Below are positions 13,218-25,607 of a DNA stretch of 64,000 nt, piece by piece. Source of the stretch: Dicyema japonicum. Taxonomy: Eukaryota; Animalia; Dicyemida. How positions within the stretch are numbered: the first letter of the stretch is position 1; each line of letters begins with the position of its first letter. The position numbers and the translations under genes are program-made. The stretch spans positions 9,402 through 73,401 of the forward strand of contig RDEW01000044.1 of NCBI GenBank assembly GCA_011109175.1. The letters run 5' to 3'. Under the pieces are notes generated by a model. The model did no database searches. It saw only the letters and a program-made list of their open reading frames with translations, and was not told the DNA's origin.

Positions 13218-13395
13218 TAGGGCAAAATCCTGATGATTCAAGTTGTGATGCCTCCGGGATGAAATCTTACCGTGTGCATTCCGACTGAAGGTTCCACACA
13301 TCTATGAAGCTTTGGGTATGCCTAGTAACACCTTCATCAGTTAATGATCACTGTGGAACCGAACCGTCTGTATTTGACCCAAACGCTAGAAAAAA
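13218..13395 (+). mobile_element. Diverged copy of the tRNA-derived SINE
   Basis: 'aaggttccacacatctatgaagct' and 'agtaacaccttcatcagt..tcactgtggaac' align to the SINE body at 35.6 kb. Confidence 0.6.
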
Positions 13396-14373
13396 TAAAA
13401 TTTGAATTTTTAAATAAATTTAATCTTCAAAATGTATACGTAACCATCGTTAATGTTCAATTTCCGGGGTCGTGTCCGACATATTAACCTAACTTAAACT
13501 AATTTTAGCCTTTTTAAATATAATAAAATTCTGATTTGTCTGATTTCAGTTAATTGAATTGACAGATTTAAGCATAAGACCTTTGAAAACCGTTTTGACA
13601 GATATTAGTTCCTCATTCTAACTTAGCAGAACTTATCTATCACTTAGGCTTAAAGGTATATCTCAATTCCTCACTTGCGGTATAAGAAGTCTAATTAATT
13701 CGTTTAATGCTAATAAATGCGATCCTTTTTGGATGAGTCATAGATATTTAGTTTCTTATCCACAAGAAACCCAACTTTTCAGGAAGTAAAAAAATGTTAC
13801 AATTTTAACTTATTTGAGTATGATTGACTCCCGAATTGATATGAAGACTAGATAATCTTATCTTTTCATCAAACAGTGATCGTATTAGAGGTCATCTAAG
13901 ACACTTATTTACCACAAAAAGGCATGTCGTTTAGTTTACTCTAAAATCCGTGCGATAATGCTAGGTGTGTGATTCCATATAACTCTTGACGTTCATTAGC
14001 TAGCAATAGAGAATTTAACTCGTGTAAACGTATGGTCACTTCTGATAGTAATTTCACATTTTGATCTCTGTGATGAGAACTTGAGAGAACGTGCTCAACA
14101 TGTTTTACCAAATCTGTGATAAATTGTTCAATAACAAGCAAAAAATGTACTTAAACGACCGACAACTAACACGTGGTTACAATTATGAGTAAATAAAATT
14201 CCATTAATGGGTATTTGATGAAATCGGAGGTTTGGTAATTGGATCGAAGATACGTGTAGTAAGGACTCTAGAGAGTACGGAAATAGCTACACAATTAACA
14301 TCAGGAACCACGTGAGTGTTCTTAATTTACGAAATTGTCATTTCCTACCAAAAAACAACCATTAAATTATATA

Positions 14374-15086
14374 TCAGTTTAAAATCATATTTGCAATGTC
14401 GGAAATAAAGTTCCCCTTTTGAATTATCTGATTGAGGTACCAAACTGAATAAGTATGATGACTACTTGTATACTTTCCCAAGTTCGTCAAAGGCTCCGCA
14501 TTGTAGAAGACATTGGAAGCTACCCGGATAGCATCATTAGTATCCGCCGGTCTGTCACTTCTTAGTCTACAGTGATGGAGTACATTTACAAGCGAATTAA
14601 ATCCCTCACCAACAGCTTTGCGCTAGATCCAATGCAAAAGACGTCGTTAGCGTAAACATTGGCTGTGACGTCAAAGCACATCAAACTAATAGAATTCGAC
14701 TCGACTCCGAGAATTAGCAACTCCTAAAGTACGCAATTCCCCCAAACTGTGTCAAATTTTCGTCCTTTCATATATTTTTGAAGTTGGGGTACGAAATGTC
14801 TCATCGGAATACAAATCCGATATTGTTGAAAATATTGGCTATTTTTTTAGTAAAAAAAAAACTTCGCGTAATATACGGATGCGTTGTGTAAGTCCAGAAC
14901 TTCCCATTCCACACCAAACATTCCAACGGCGAGAGACTTTGTTATTTGAAATATCCTGATGCAAGGATCATCGCTATCTGAATGTAATAAAATGTCACAT
15001 TGAGGAGTATCGTTATCACCTGCAGAGTCGGAGGCAATTATTGCACAGTTTGAGTATTTAAATGCAATAATCACGTTACTCGGCAT
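14374..15086 (-). CDS. Highly divergent proteasome-subunit-like protein, 199 aa, 6 exons; paralog B
   Basis: GT-AG introns 14978-14998, 14839-14862, 14724-14747, 14567-14589 and 14445-14465 (21-24 nt) give an intact 600-nt frame: MPSNVIIAFKYSNCAIIASD..RIFQITKSLAVGMFG..FDTELLILGVES..CIGSSA. It aligns end to end with paralog A. Confidence 0.75.
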
Positions 15087-15282
15087 TTTATTCTTATGTC
15101 ATTTATTAATTCTATCCTCACATTACGTGCTTGTCATAACAACTAATTTATTTTAATAAATTGTCATTTTATTTTATGCACTAACGAAAAGTCAAAGAGT
15201 CAATTATTTATTTTTTATATGAAAAAAAGAAGTTAATTAAGCTTCCCTTGTGCCGCGGATAAATTATTAAATAATTATAAAA

Positions 15283-15546
15283 GTGTCCAAGAAAGCTCTT
15301 ATCAATATGACAAAATGGAACTGCCAACCATACCTTTCATCTGGTACTACTTTTTCTTACTCCAATCAAACTGCTTGCATTGAACCGTTTGACCCTACTC
15401 TCTTAGCAGATCCTGATGAAGCTCTGAAACTGATCTCTCGAACGCGCTCGGACGTGACCAATCCTGTGAAGATTCCCAAAGGTGCGAGAACTGCTGTTAC
15501 CGAGGCTCTGATCTACACCATCAAGTTATTTTGGAGCACGTTATAG
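15283..15546 (+). mobile_element. Probable CRE-clade element fragment upstream of the RT
   Basis: 'LKLISRTRS..VKIPKGARTAVTEAL' resembles the KRIPKGAR motif that precedes CRE-type RTs. Confidence 0.4.
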
Positions 15547-15610
15547 ATTTCGCGTTTGTACGTCAAAAACAGTTACGAGTATGATACCCTGAATAATATT
15601 TTTCAATATA

Positions 15611-16260
15611 GAGCAGTGTTTTTCAAAATAAAGAGCATTGTTTCTCCACAAAGGACCGCGGAACAATCTTTAGTGATTTATATTAGTCAACTTTTATATT
15701 ATATTTTTTTAAATTGTTTGAATTGAATTTAAAAAAAAGTGCTCAAATTTATCCTTGAGGAATTTCCTGTTTAAATAATTCAACAAATAAAAAATATGGA
15801 TTCACTCTGATATCTTCAGAAGGTAAATTAAAACCACAGTGTGTTTTCTGTTCGGTGCACAAGTAATGTTTAGTTGCCGTTCCGGATTTCAAAATTTAGT
15901 CAAGGAAAAGTCCCCAAATGCTATTGGTATACATTGTATGATCCACCGTCATGCATTAATTAAGAAGACCACGACTGAGAATTTGAAAAATGTCATGAAT
16001 GATATAATGATTAAACGGTGAACTATATTATAGCCAAAGCACTCAATTCTCGTCTATTTGCTTGGTTATGCAAAAAAAATGACTCTGAATTTGAGACTTT
16101 TGCTGAATTCGCATGTATATGGCATTCATAAAAAAAATTATTGAAGAGAGCATTTATACTACGAAAAGAAATACATGAATTTCTTAAAGACATCAAAATT
16201 TTCTAATAGTCGTTTTCTGACTTTATTGGCATTTTGGTCGATATATTTGAATCTGTTAAG
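15611..16260 (+). mobile_element. hAT Buster/ZBED5-like transposase remnant
   Basis: GFQNLVKEKSPNAIGIHCMIHRHAL..VNYIIAKALNSRLF; 'cagtgtttttcaaa' terminus-like sequence at ~15614. Confidence 0.75.
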
Positions 16261-16329
16261 AAATTATACAAAAAGTTGATAGCAAAAATTAACAAACTTG
16301 TCATCATATCCAAAAATAACCGAAATGGA

Positions 16330-16560
16330 GCTATTTGCGAAAGAGATTCACTAAACAATACATTGCGGACAAAACACCTTTAAGGGGATTTAAACAAAAT
16401 ATTTTTCATCATCCAACGAACACTGATTAGAGAAGTTTTTCCTTCATGCGTATTATGTAATTTTTCATCAGCTTGGAAAACTTTCGATCTCCAAAATCAT
16501 GTAACGGCAAATACACCCAATGAGCTATTTCAGATAGATTTGATCGATTTATAAGGGTAA
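16330..16560 (+). mobile_element. Retroviral-type integrase remnant (zinc finger into the DLID motif; Ginger/TDD-like)
   Basis: Frameshifted RTLIREVFPSCVLC..PNELFQIDLIDL. Confidence 0.5.
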
Positions 16561-16819
16561 TAATTTTTTATGATTTCAGATTAAAAAATCAACACGTAGA
16601 CATTGAGTCTTCAACAGGAAGATAAGGATTAATAAAATAAGGTCCATTCACGATCAATTACAAAATATATTATTGATTTTTTCCAGAAATATTATTTTTT
16701 GATTTACATAACAGTTTCTTCGACGTGATCCGTATAATCAGTTACCAGAATGGATCTTCACTCTGACCATGGAGGAATAATTCAAAAAATATAATACAAA
16801 CAAAAAACTCCAAAAAGTG

Positions 16820-17600
16820 TGCCTTCAATTTGTTTCACTCAAAACTTTCTTCTTGTGCTCCTGTCAGCTCTTGATCAAGATGATTCTCCAACTCCCAACA
16901 AAATCGTCATAGAAGAGTTATACGGACCATCTGAAAGTCAAGATACCCGAGCAAAGGGATGGCAATCATTGCAGAATATCCGTGTGATCGATACATTGCT
17001 GATCTTATGTATCTGAGAAGACATTCCAGATTGAATATACGATATTCTTGGGTAATAGTTCTTCATTAACGATTGATCTTAGTATTTTGTACATTAATTG
17101 GCAGAGAATCGTAGTTTGCTCATATTGGAAAGGATCGTTTATTCAGACATCTAATAAGACCCCAATAACATAATTAAGATAATCATCGTAGAATATCCAT
17201 GTGATAGACATCGCTGATCTGATGAATCAGGTTCATATGAGTACTTNAATTAATCACTGTTAAAATCCATTTGAATTCATTATTGTCCGAAGCATATCTT
17301 TTAAGATCGATACAATCAGCCATAAATCGTTCATAATTTTTAGAGACAGTGGCATTTTGATTTCTTCAGATGTTTTTAGAGAATAAAAACTTGTGGAATC
17401 GTAATTTGATATAACTCTGCGAATAACATGATGTTTTGTTTCAACATATTTATCTGATATAAGTTTTGTCAATTTGCTAAAACCAAGATTGCCGCTATTG
17501 TGTTCTTGGGATAAAATAATGAATTCTATCCTTTTGAAAAGCACAAACGACTGTCCTTAGAGATCCATCTTTTTTAATCAAAAATAAGTGATCATTTATC
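16820..17600 (-). mobile_element. Second Ginger/TDD-like integrase remnant
   Basis: EHNSGNLGFSKLTKLISDKY..VIRRVISN, then frameshifted KNYERFMADCIDL. Confidence 0.5.
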
Positions 17601-18119
17601 AATAAAAGACTTTGACATTATCTTCTAAGTGTTTTTTTAGGATGATCAGACATTCCAATAGGATATACTTTCTCTTTCAAATAACAAATAATTATATTCA
17701 GTTCTTGTGACAATAATTAATGTGAACAATGATGTTGCAAATAGTTAGACACAAGTTTCTCAATATTTGGGTTCATGTTTGTGAACCTAATTCGTAGATA
17801 TCCTCTTTAAACAATTTTCAAGCGGTTTCTCATTTTGGTAATTGATACGATACTGAAGCCTCTCTCGTATTGTTGCGAAATCGACTTAATATTCTGGGAA
17901 GTTTGGTGCATTACTGTTTTCAGTACTTCAATAATTAATGATATTATCAGTTCCTCCCCAATTGTGTGGGGTTTCCCCAACTAGGCGATAAGTAAAGCAA
18001 TGTTATATGATGCAACAACGCAATCATCACTACGTATATTATTACTGGAGAATATTTTCTCCAGGCTCCGTTGATTTGAAATTCTATTATATTAATTAGA
18101 TGATTTTGCAGTAACGTTG

Positions 18120-18410
18120 CATATAATTAGATCGTAGGAGAGTTTGTTTGTAAAACACAGATTGGCGTTCTTTTGGCATGTTGTCCGCTCTGATTCCCTG
18201 GAAAGAACCATTATGTTGAGCAATATTACTGGGAAGAGAAGACCTAGTTTACTGAGGCCTCGGTGGCTATCCACGGTAGAAGACGTCACGGGAATGCCTA
18301 TATCAAGGCTACTCCAAATAGCAACGGATCGGGGAGAGTGGAGGAAACTCGTTCATGAGATCTCCAAGGGTCGGACACGACTTAATTGGACAACATAACA
18401 TATAAAAATT
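18120..18410 (+). mobile_element. RTE (BovB-type) LINE 3' end
   Basis: Near-identical to 31570-31830 (KHRLAFFWHVVRSDSLERTIML..RWLSTVED). Confidence 0.85.
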
Positions 18411-18519
18411 AAATGATTGATATAAATTTTACGAATAATTTATTATCGCAATGAGATTGGTCTGTATGAACTGGGATCTTCTTTTGGTTTTCCGGCCTTA
18501 TGAATAGGAGAGTTTGTTA

Positions 18520-18850
18520 ATTAGCCACGTGGCGCCATGTGGTGCTGCGTGGTTAATCGGGTTGAAATTTTCCGCTTGCTTGTCTCTTTCTTTTCTCTCT
18601 TCCTATTAGAGTGGCATCATGTGATCCACCTGTCTAGGTGACGCCCAGTGCCAGGCCGGCACGAAAAAGGATCATTTGCTTTTCCTCACTCCACTGGAAG
18701 GGTTTCCACAACTGCATGTAATGGACGTCTTACCCTTTATGTTGATTCCGGATGGACTCTGTTTCTGTAGAAGTGGAAACTGGATACACTTAATTAGTTG
18801 TTTACTTTAACTTATTTTTTGGTGTATCCGGGGTTAATTAATAAATAAAT
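18520..18850 (+). repeat. Non-coding dispersed repeat 'X' (SINE-like)
   Basis: 18690-18850 recurs on the minus strand at ~37533-37700 and ~47716-47885. Its 5' part resembles 12560-12595 (minus). Ends in an (aat/taaa)n tail. Confidence 0.65.
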
Positions 18851-19560
18851 TAATTGGAGTGATGAGCGAGTTCTTCCATATTTGGGAGATAGAGTTCCAG
18901 TTAACAAACAGGTTAAAAATTTCCGTTATGTAGATAATTGCGTATTTGCTTAGGTATTTTAGGTGAAATGAAGATACTTTGTCTGGGTCGCAGGCCCGTA
19001 AGTTTTTTAATCCGACGATAACCTCTGAAACCTGCTTATCTGAGAATAGTTCTTGGTAAGGTTCATTTTTCGGTTTTCGGGCACGTACTTTGATATCCAG
19101 TTGTTTAGAGAATTTCTTGAAGCTGATCGCAGCGTAATGTTTCATAAGTAGATTAGGGCGTATATGACAAATATTTTAGGAGAGGAGTTACAGGTTCCAT
19201 TCGCATCTTCCAACTCTGATTTACTTTGTTTTAATGTTTTCCAAAAATGATGAGATGAACTTTACCCGTCAAGGCGATTGATTAGAACAGCATGAGAAGC
19301 AGCGTCCACGAAAAGCATTCGAATACTTGTGCCAATAATTTTTTTCCAATTTGTATTAAAATTGTCTAATTAATAGGGAGAATAGGTTTTTTCTTAGAAA
19401 ATATTTAAAAATGCGCCAATAAGCGAGGATGACTATATAACAAATCCAGATGAGTCTGATAGTGATCTTGACCGTTCTTGACACTAAATGGAGTCCAATA
19501 ATAAAGGTAATAATGGTTGGACCTAAGAAGAGAATATTGAGTTATAAAATAATTACTTTT
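18834..19560 (-). mobile_element. APE-RT LINE fragment (pre-RT region)
   Basis: MKHYAAISFKKFS..DPDKVSSFHLKYL..WKNSLITPI is homologous to the 41291-41953 ORF. Confidence 0.7.
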
Positions 19561-19571
19561 ACTTATTTTTT

Positions 19572-19655
19572 NNNNNNNNNNNNNNNNNNNNNNNNNNNNN
19601 NNNNNNNNNNNNNNNNNNNNNNNNNNNNNNNNNNNNNNNNNNNNNNNNNNNNNNN
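19572..19655. other. Assembly gap
   Basis: N run. Confidence 1.
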
Positions 19656-20225
19656 GGCATACAGTGTGTCTACCGCGCTCCCGACAATGTTGGACGGGCA
19701 AAGCGTGTCGACACAAGTAGCGTCCCAGACCAAAGGTTTCCCCTCTTCAAATGGAAAAATTGTGATCCCGTAGGGACGTTTTCCGTCTCCTCTGTCCAGG
19801 ACAACAGGTTCTAGTATGGCTGGGTATCCCGTAAACTCCAGGGCTCGCTTGACAATTTTGTTGATCGCCTTGTGTTTTGGGAATCGTCCTGCACTTCTTC
19901 GACAAGAGAGGGCATGGTGTCTATAACAATAGACGGTGGCGCCACATTGGCATTTGTGAGTCCGGCAAATCTCCAGTCCAAGTCTGGTGAAGATGCCGAT
20001 GCAGACATATCGTCGTCAAGGTGGGTCCCGACATTACCAACGGGGAGTGCATTGATCCATGCGCCACTCGACGTCTGTGTTGGTTTGATTGGTTCAGAAG
20101 CTTCTCATATTTATCCTCGTAGATGGTCCTGTAACGGTCTTATTGCTCAGGCATCATCCCCTACCTGCGAAGACATAATGAGGTGGTTAAATGCATGTGC
20201 ACTTGTGTCGTCAATATGGAATTAA
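19656..20225 (-). mobile_element. CRE-clade element C-terminal fragment (second subfamily)
   Basis: HKCQCGATV..HHALSCRRSAGRFPKHKAINKIVKRAL..DGKRPYGITIFP..WDATCVDT. Confidence 0.8.
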
Positions 20226-20929
20226 GAAGACTAAAAACAGACTCAGTGCAGTCTATTGTTGCAAACAAGTCTATAGAGATTCGAGTGGATCAACAGTAGA
20301 CACGAAGGTACAAAAATACACCTGAGAGATTAAAGTATGATCAAAAGAACTTATAGCTTTTAAATGGTCAGTAAGTTAAATGGAATAGTGTCCTCTCAAA
20401 AGAACGTCACACTATTTAATGAATACAACAATTTCCTTGGTCAAATTGGACAATTAAAACGCATTCAAAAACATAGAAAGATCATATTCTGTCATTATGA
20501 AGAGATACCCAAATAGTTGGGTTAATCAATCAGTCTTATGTACCTCATTCTACTCTTCTGTGAATATCTAAGGAAGACCCTATTGGATCTCTTTTTTTTG
20601 CTATTGAAAAAATAACAATTTTGTATCTGAGGATTCCGCTTTGATATCTTAAAAATTTGGCCTTGCGTTGAATAAAAATAAATATTAAATTATTAATTAT
20701 TTTTCTCAAGCCTTTTGTTAATTTTATTTGTTGTTAGGTTGTATTTTTTCCTTGGTTCTCTTATAAATAAAAGTGTAGATACAGTTATGTTTAACAAACG
20801 TTCCTATGCCTTCATCACACTGTTTCTACTGAATAAAAGTCCTCATATTTTTCTTTACGGGCAATGCTATATTATATTGATGATCTATTTAACCAGGTTC
20901 ATTTATAATTTTTTTTTCAACTATTNCAA

Positions 20930-21381
20930 AGCGTGTCGACACAAGTAGCGTCCCAGACCAAAGGTTTCCCCTCTTCAAATGGAAAAATTGTGATCCCGTA
21001 GGGACGTTTTCCGTCTCCTCTGTCCAGGACAACAGGTTCTAGTATGGCTGGGTATCCCGTAAACTCCAGGGCTCGCTTGACAATTTTGTTGATCGCCTTG
21101 TGTTTTGGGAATCGTCCTGCACTTCTTCGACAAGAGAGGGCATGGTGTCTATAACAATAGACGGTGGCGCCACATTGGCATTTGTGAGTCCGGCAAATCT
21201 CCAGTCCAAGTCTGGTGAAGATGCCGCTGCAAACATATCGTCGTCAAGGTGGGTCCCGACACTACCAACGGGGAGTGCATTGATCCATGCGCCACTCGAC
21301 GTCTGTGTTGGTTTGATTGGTTCAGAAGCTTCTCATATTTATCCTCGTAGATGGTCCTGTAACGGTCTTATTGCTCAGGCA
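20930..21381 (-). mobile_element. Near-identical duplicate of the 19.7-20.15 kb CRE fragment
   Basis: Direct sequence identity apart from a few substitutions. Confidence 0.8.
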
Positions 21382-22150
21382 AGATAGGAATTTGTTTTTT
21401 GCACACACGGGGTCATTATGCAACCATTGCAAAAAAAACAGGAAACTGTAGATCAGTTGGCCACTCAGTGTAGTAAAATACTAAACAGTGATTATCTCCG
21501 AAGACATAATGAAGTGGTAAAGTGTATCTATCTTCATCTTTGTCGAGTTTATGGAATCAAAAGAAGCAGGAAATTGAAAGGACATTCGGTTCAGTGAATA
21601 TTGAGGACTCAAAATGTCGAAATCAAAGTTGACACGTCGATTATGACAGAAACAAAAGTCCAATTCAATAAACCTGATATTTTTGCTTACGAAAAATAAA
21701 GAAAAAAGTAACCTTAATCGAAGTGGGTATTACCTCACAAGACTGACTAAAGCAAGTTGAAGTTTAGAAACTTCAAATATATGATTTGCTTGCAAATGAT
21801 CTTTCACTACTCTATGAATCCCAAGTAAAAATTATTCCAGTGGTTTTGACATGGGATGGAGTTGTCTCATGATGCTTCAGGAATAATATGGGTAACTTAT
21901 CTTTGAAGAATCAACGAGGATTTGCATCTAATCGGTTGTGCTAAAGAGTATGCTCATTGAACATAAGCATGGGATGAAAATATACGATGAAAAGTACGCC
22001 TCTGCTATCTCCCAACTTGTAGAAATGGCATGCCTTGAGGACAGCCCACTTGAATCTAACAGATATATTTTGACTAAATCTGATGTGGAGATGGGGAGTA
22101 ACAGGGAGTTTATGGCACACTTTTCTAAGAGAAGTTTTGAATTTATGTAA
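21381..22150 (+). mobile_element. RLE-type non-LTR element (R4/NeSL-like) C-terminal CCHC + endonuclease remnant
   Basis: QDRNLFF..LCNHCKK..ETVDQLATQC..RRHNEVVKCI..NKPDIF..LIEVGIT..IIPVVLTWDG. Confidence 0.8.
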
Positions 22151-22831
22151 TTAATCAGATCCTTTATTGCCCAGAGACTGAATATCTTGTAATATATAAT
22201 TTGTGAACAATTATAAATAATTAAATATCAATATTCACTAATTGTAAAACAGTTGATTAGGCAAATATTGTTGATGCGAAATAAAATACCTGGAAACTGT
22301 AGTCTGGTCCATTAGCCACGAAAACTATTTTGTCGTTGCTTGGTAAGGGAGAGAGTTTGTTCTGTTCGACACTAATGTAGGAATTTTTCTCCACAAATAG
22401 GTGACTCATGTGTAAACCACAATAATGGTCAGCCTTCTCCGCCATCGGATATACCTGGAACGTCCGCTTAGTTTCCTGTTTGACACTGGATTCCTTCACT
22501 TGAAGGAAGTAAATAAATAAGATGTAAAATGACTCAGATTCAAGAATTTCCTCTTCAAACATTCACTTTATTATAGTTACTCACAATCTTCACCTCAATA
22601 GACTCGAATATAGCATTATCAGATAATAGCCCATAGTATCCACAAATTTAGTGAGTTAGTGGGGATTATCTCAAAGGTCAAACCAAAAATGCCATAAAGG
22701 GTTAAACTTAGGGAATCGTCATCAAAACTAAATCTGAGAATTGAAATATCTTTAAATAATGAGAGAATATAAATTATCACAAAATTAATAAATATTTGTG
22801 ATTATTAAAAAATAATTAATGATTTTTACAT

Positions 22832-24480
22832 CTAAGCTGTAGTTTCCAATGTTTTGCGCAATTCATTAACATAAAATTTAAGTCGTTTTCCAAGGACGAT
22901 GTTATTCCAGTTTAGAGATCTCCCCCTATCATAATTATCACATTTTATACTTTGGGTCGATTGATATAAAGTGGGTAAGCTTACAGCATTCACCACGCGG
23001 TTCAATAAAGTACCCGAAAAACTGACAGTCCATTACAGCAAAATTCCCGTGATTACTGTATTCTAGGGATCGTCCAACGATAGCGTAGTTTCCATCAATA
23101 CTCTGTTTGTGCCTTTCCGGTAATAATATGAGTTGTTACCATATCATGTAGCATATTCTGTCCACAATCCATTTTTCTTTGAATGTTACAATTTCCGTAT
23201 GCTTAGTGAGACTAGTCACACTGTACTCATCCTGCAAAAACCAGCCAATCCTTTAATTAACAAATTAATGCTACTTTTTATCAAAAATCTGATTGACTGT
23301 CGTTTTTACGTCGCACTTCAATCCATTTTTCTTTGAATGTTACAATTTCCGTATGCTTAGTGAGACTAGTCACACTGTACTCATCCTGCAAAAACCAGCC
23401 AATCCTTTAATTAACAAATTAATGCTACTTGTTATCAAAAATCTGATTGACTGTCGTTTTTACGTCGCACTTTACGGAAGTCTGACATCGCCAAATCTTC
23501 AAAATGGTGTCCTCGAACAACCGGGATTTTAATTCCACGCCATTTCCATTTGATTCCGTGGACTTTTCGTCCTCAAATTCACAATAGTTCACGTACTAAT
23601 GTGAAACAGACTCAAACTTGATACAAGTCACTGATAAGCTTGTTTATGATAATCATAGGATTTTTGGGAGGGATAAACCTAACATTTCCCTGGAAGTCTT
23701 CAATCTGGGGTCTGCGAGTAAACAAACCTCAAATATGAAGTCATAGTGATTTATTAGTATTTCAGAAAATTCAATCGACTGGTTTTTCCATGCTATTTCC
23801 TCCTTCAATTTTGAACTCATACTCCTCATAGACCTTGGTTTTGACATTTTCCTAGTGAAGATTGTTTCACAGAGACAAACACTGAGATTGTAGGCAGTCA
23901 TCTATTAAATTTAACACAGTTCATACATGAGTTCGTTCACTGTTTTTAGATATTTTGTTTAGCAGTCTAATCCACATAATCAACACTTCTCTGTTTGTGT
24001 CTGGTAATAGGGTCACCAAGTCTCTAAGTAGATTAAGTCGCTTATTCTTGTCAACTGGAATTACTAATAAATCAACCATCAAAGTGAATCAAATCAGTGA
24101 AAGGTTTAGTAAACAAAGGTTCTGTACTATTTCTGAGATATTTGCTAACAACAGTGGAAATAACGTAATTATTGTATTCCAGTAGAGAAAAACATTCTAC
24201 ACTGGTAAAATTAAGATACCATTGTTGAGTATTTTTTGATACAAATCTTCGTTCATCGTCGCACTTCCTGCTTTTCGGAAAATAAACTGAAGATCTGTGG
24301 CATTCTCGTAAAGGTGACAAATTGCTTCTTTTATGACAGAAGGGATGGGGGACCCTGTAGTTATATAATTCACAAGGTAGTCATTTTTGTTGTTATCTGA
24401 CAGATATTTTTTCGAGAATCTAGAAAAACTTGATTTTTTACTTTGGGATTATTTTGACGATTTCTGACCTGGCAAGATTT
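22832..24480 (-). CDS. DLC1: DLC1/STARD13-family RhoGAP + START domain protein; 5' end unresolved (may extend to ~25520)
   Basis: Splicing 22-27 nt introns (e.g. 24197-24219, 24055-24076, 23902-23926) gives TGSPIPSVIKEAICHL..IFRKAG..LLPDTNREVL..MTAYNLSVCL (RhoGAP with Arg finger). It continues LKIWR..YFIEPRGECCKLTHFISIDPRG..W (START) to a stop at 22832. A tandem duplicate at ~23170-23470 interrupts the gene. Confidence 0.85.
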
Positions 24481-25607
24481 CGAGAGACTTCAAGCTGTGA
24501 AACCGAGGAATTCCATATACTATTTTTGCGACTAGAATGAGGCACATAATGCACCTCTCAGAAAATGGTAGACATATGTTTAACTGAGATTTCTGTGATT
24601 TGCTTATCTAAATTTTATGAAAAATTATGACATTTGTGAGGTATTTTAATTTAAAATCTTCTTTATTGTTATTATTGACGTTGGGTTTATTCGAATATTT
24701 GATCAAATCGGGAATCTCGTAGTCCTCGCTTTTGGGAATAAGTTTTATGTTATCTAATGAAGATGAAAACTATATACTCAGAGATCCACTTGATAAATAT
24801 CTATGCTTTATAGTGAACTGTTTGATGTATGATTCCTTTCGGGCTAGTCGAGGTTTAACCAAATATTCTTTATTTGGAAGCAACATTTATCGTTTCTACT
24901 AACTACGTGGTTAACGCAAAATAAATTGCATATTAGATAGTTGCCATAGCGATTATACAGATATTCACTGCGTCTATTCGTTTAAAATCATTATAAATTA
25001 TGAATAAGCTAGAAATGACATATTGTTTCGATTTTTACTTATATTATAAGTGCTCTTAATGAGAACCATGCTTAGGCGATAATTTATACTGATTAACTTT
25101 GAATTCAACAAAATTAACGATAACACCAACATATTATTGTTTCGATTTTTACTTATATTATAAGTGCTCTTAATGAGAACCATGCTTAGGCGATAATTTA
25201 TACTGATTAACTTTGAATTCAACAAAATTAACGATAACACCAACATATAAAAGTACGATGCACTCTAAAATACCACAGTGATTGATATTGGAGAAATATC
25301 TGAGCAGTCAGCATAATCAAGTGAGACTACATTCTCCCAGGCTTGTTTGAATTTATCATTAATACCATCACTTGTTTTAGAGGCATAAATCAATTCCTTA
25401 GGGATATTTACGCATTATAGCCAAAACCTTATTTGTATCTTCCAACTTGCGATCACTCACGTGTGCTCTAACCTCGATTTGATGCCAGAATATTCATTAT
25501 TGATTTTTATTAATTTAATAAAGCATTATTTTAAGGAAAATCTAAAATATCAGTAGCAGAAACTCTAATATTTGATGCCAGAATATTCATTATTGATTTT
25601 TATTAAT

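Noticed and set aside
13500-14345. Coding-like minus-strand DNA directly downstream of paralog B
   Set aside because: No start codon or intron chain gave a continuous frame, and it is not a third proteasome-like paralog.
23170-23470. Tandem duplications inside or beside genes without an N (also ~25020-25245, 25480-25660, 30100-30340, 36880-37200)
   Set aside because: They would break otherwise intact frames and match the artefact pattern, so they are probably mis-joined overlaps; raw reads are needed to be sure.
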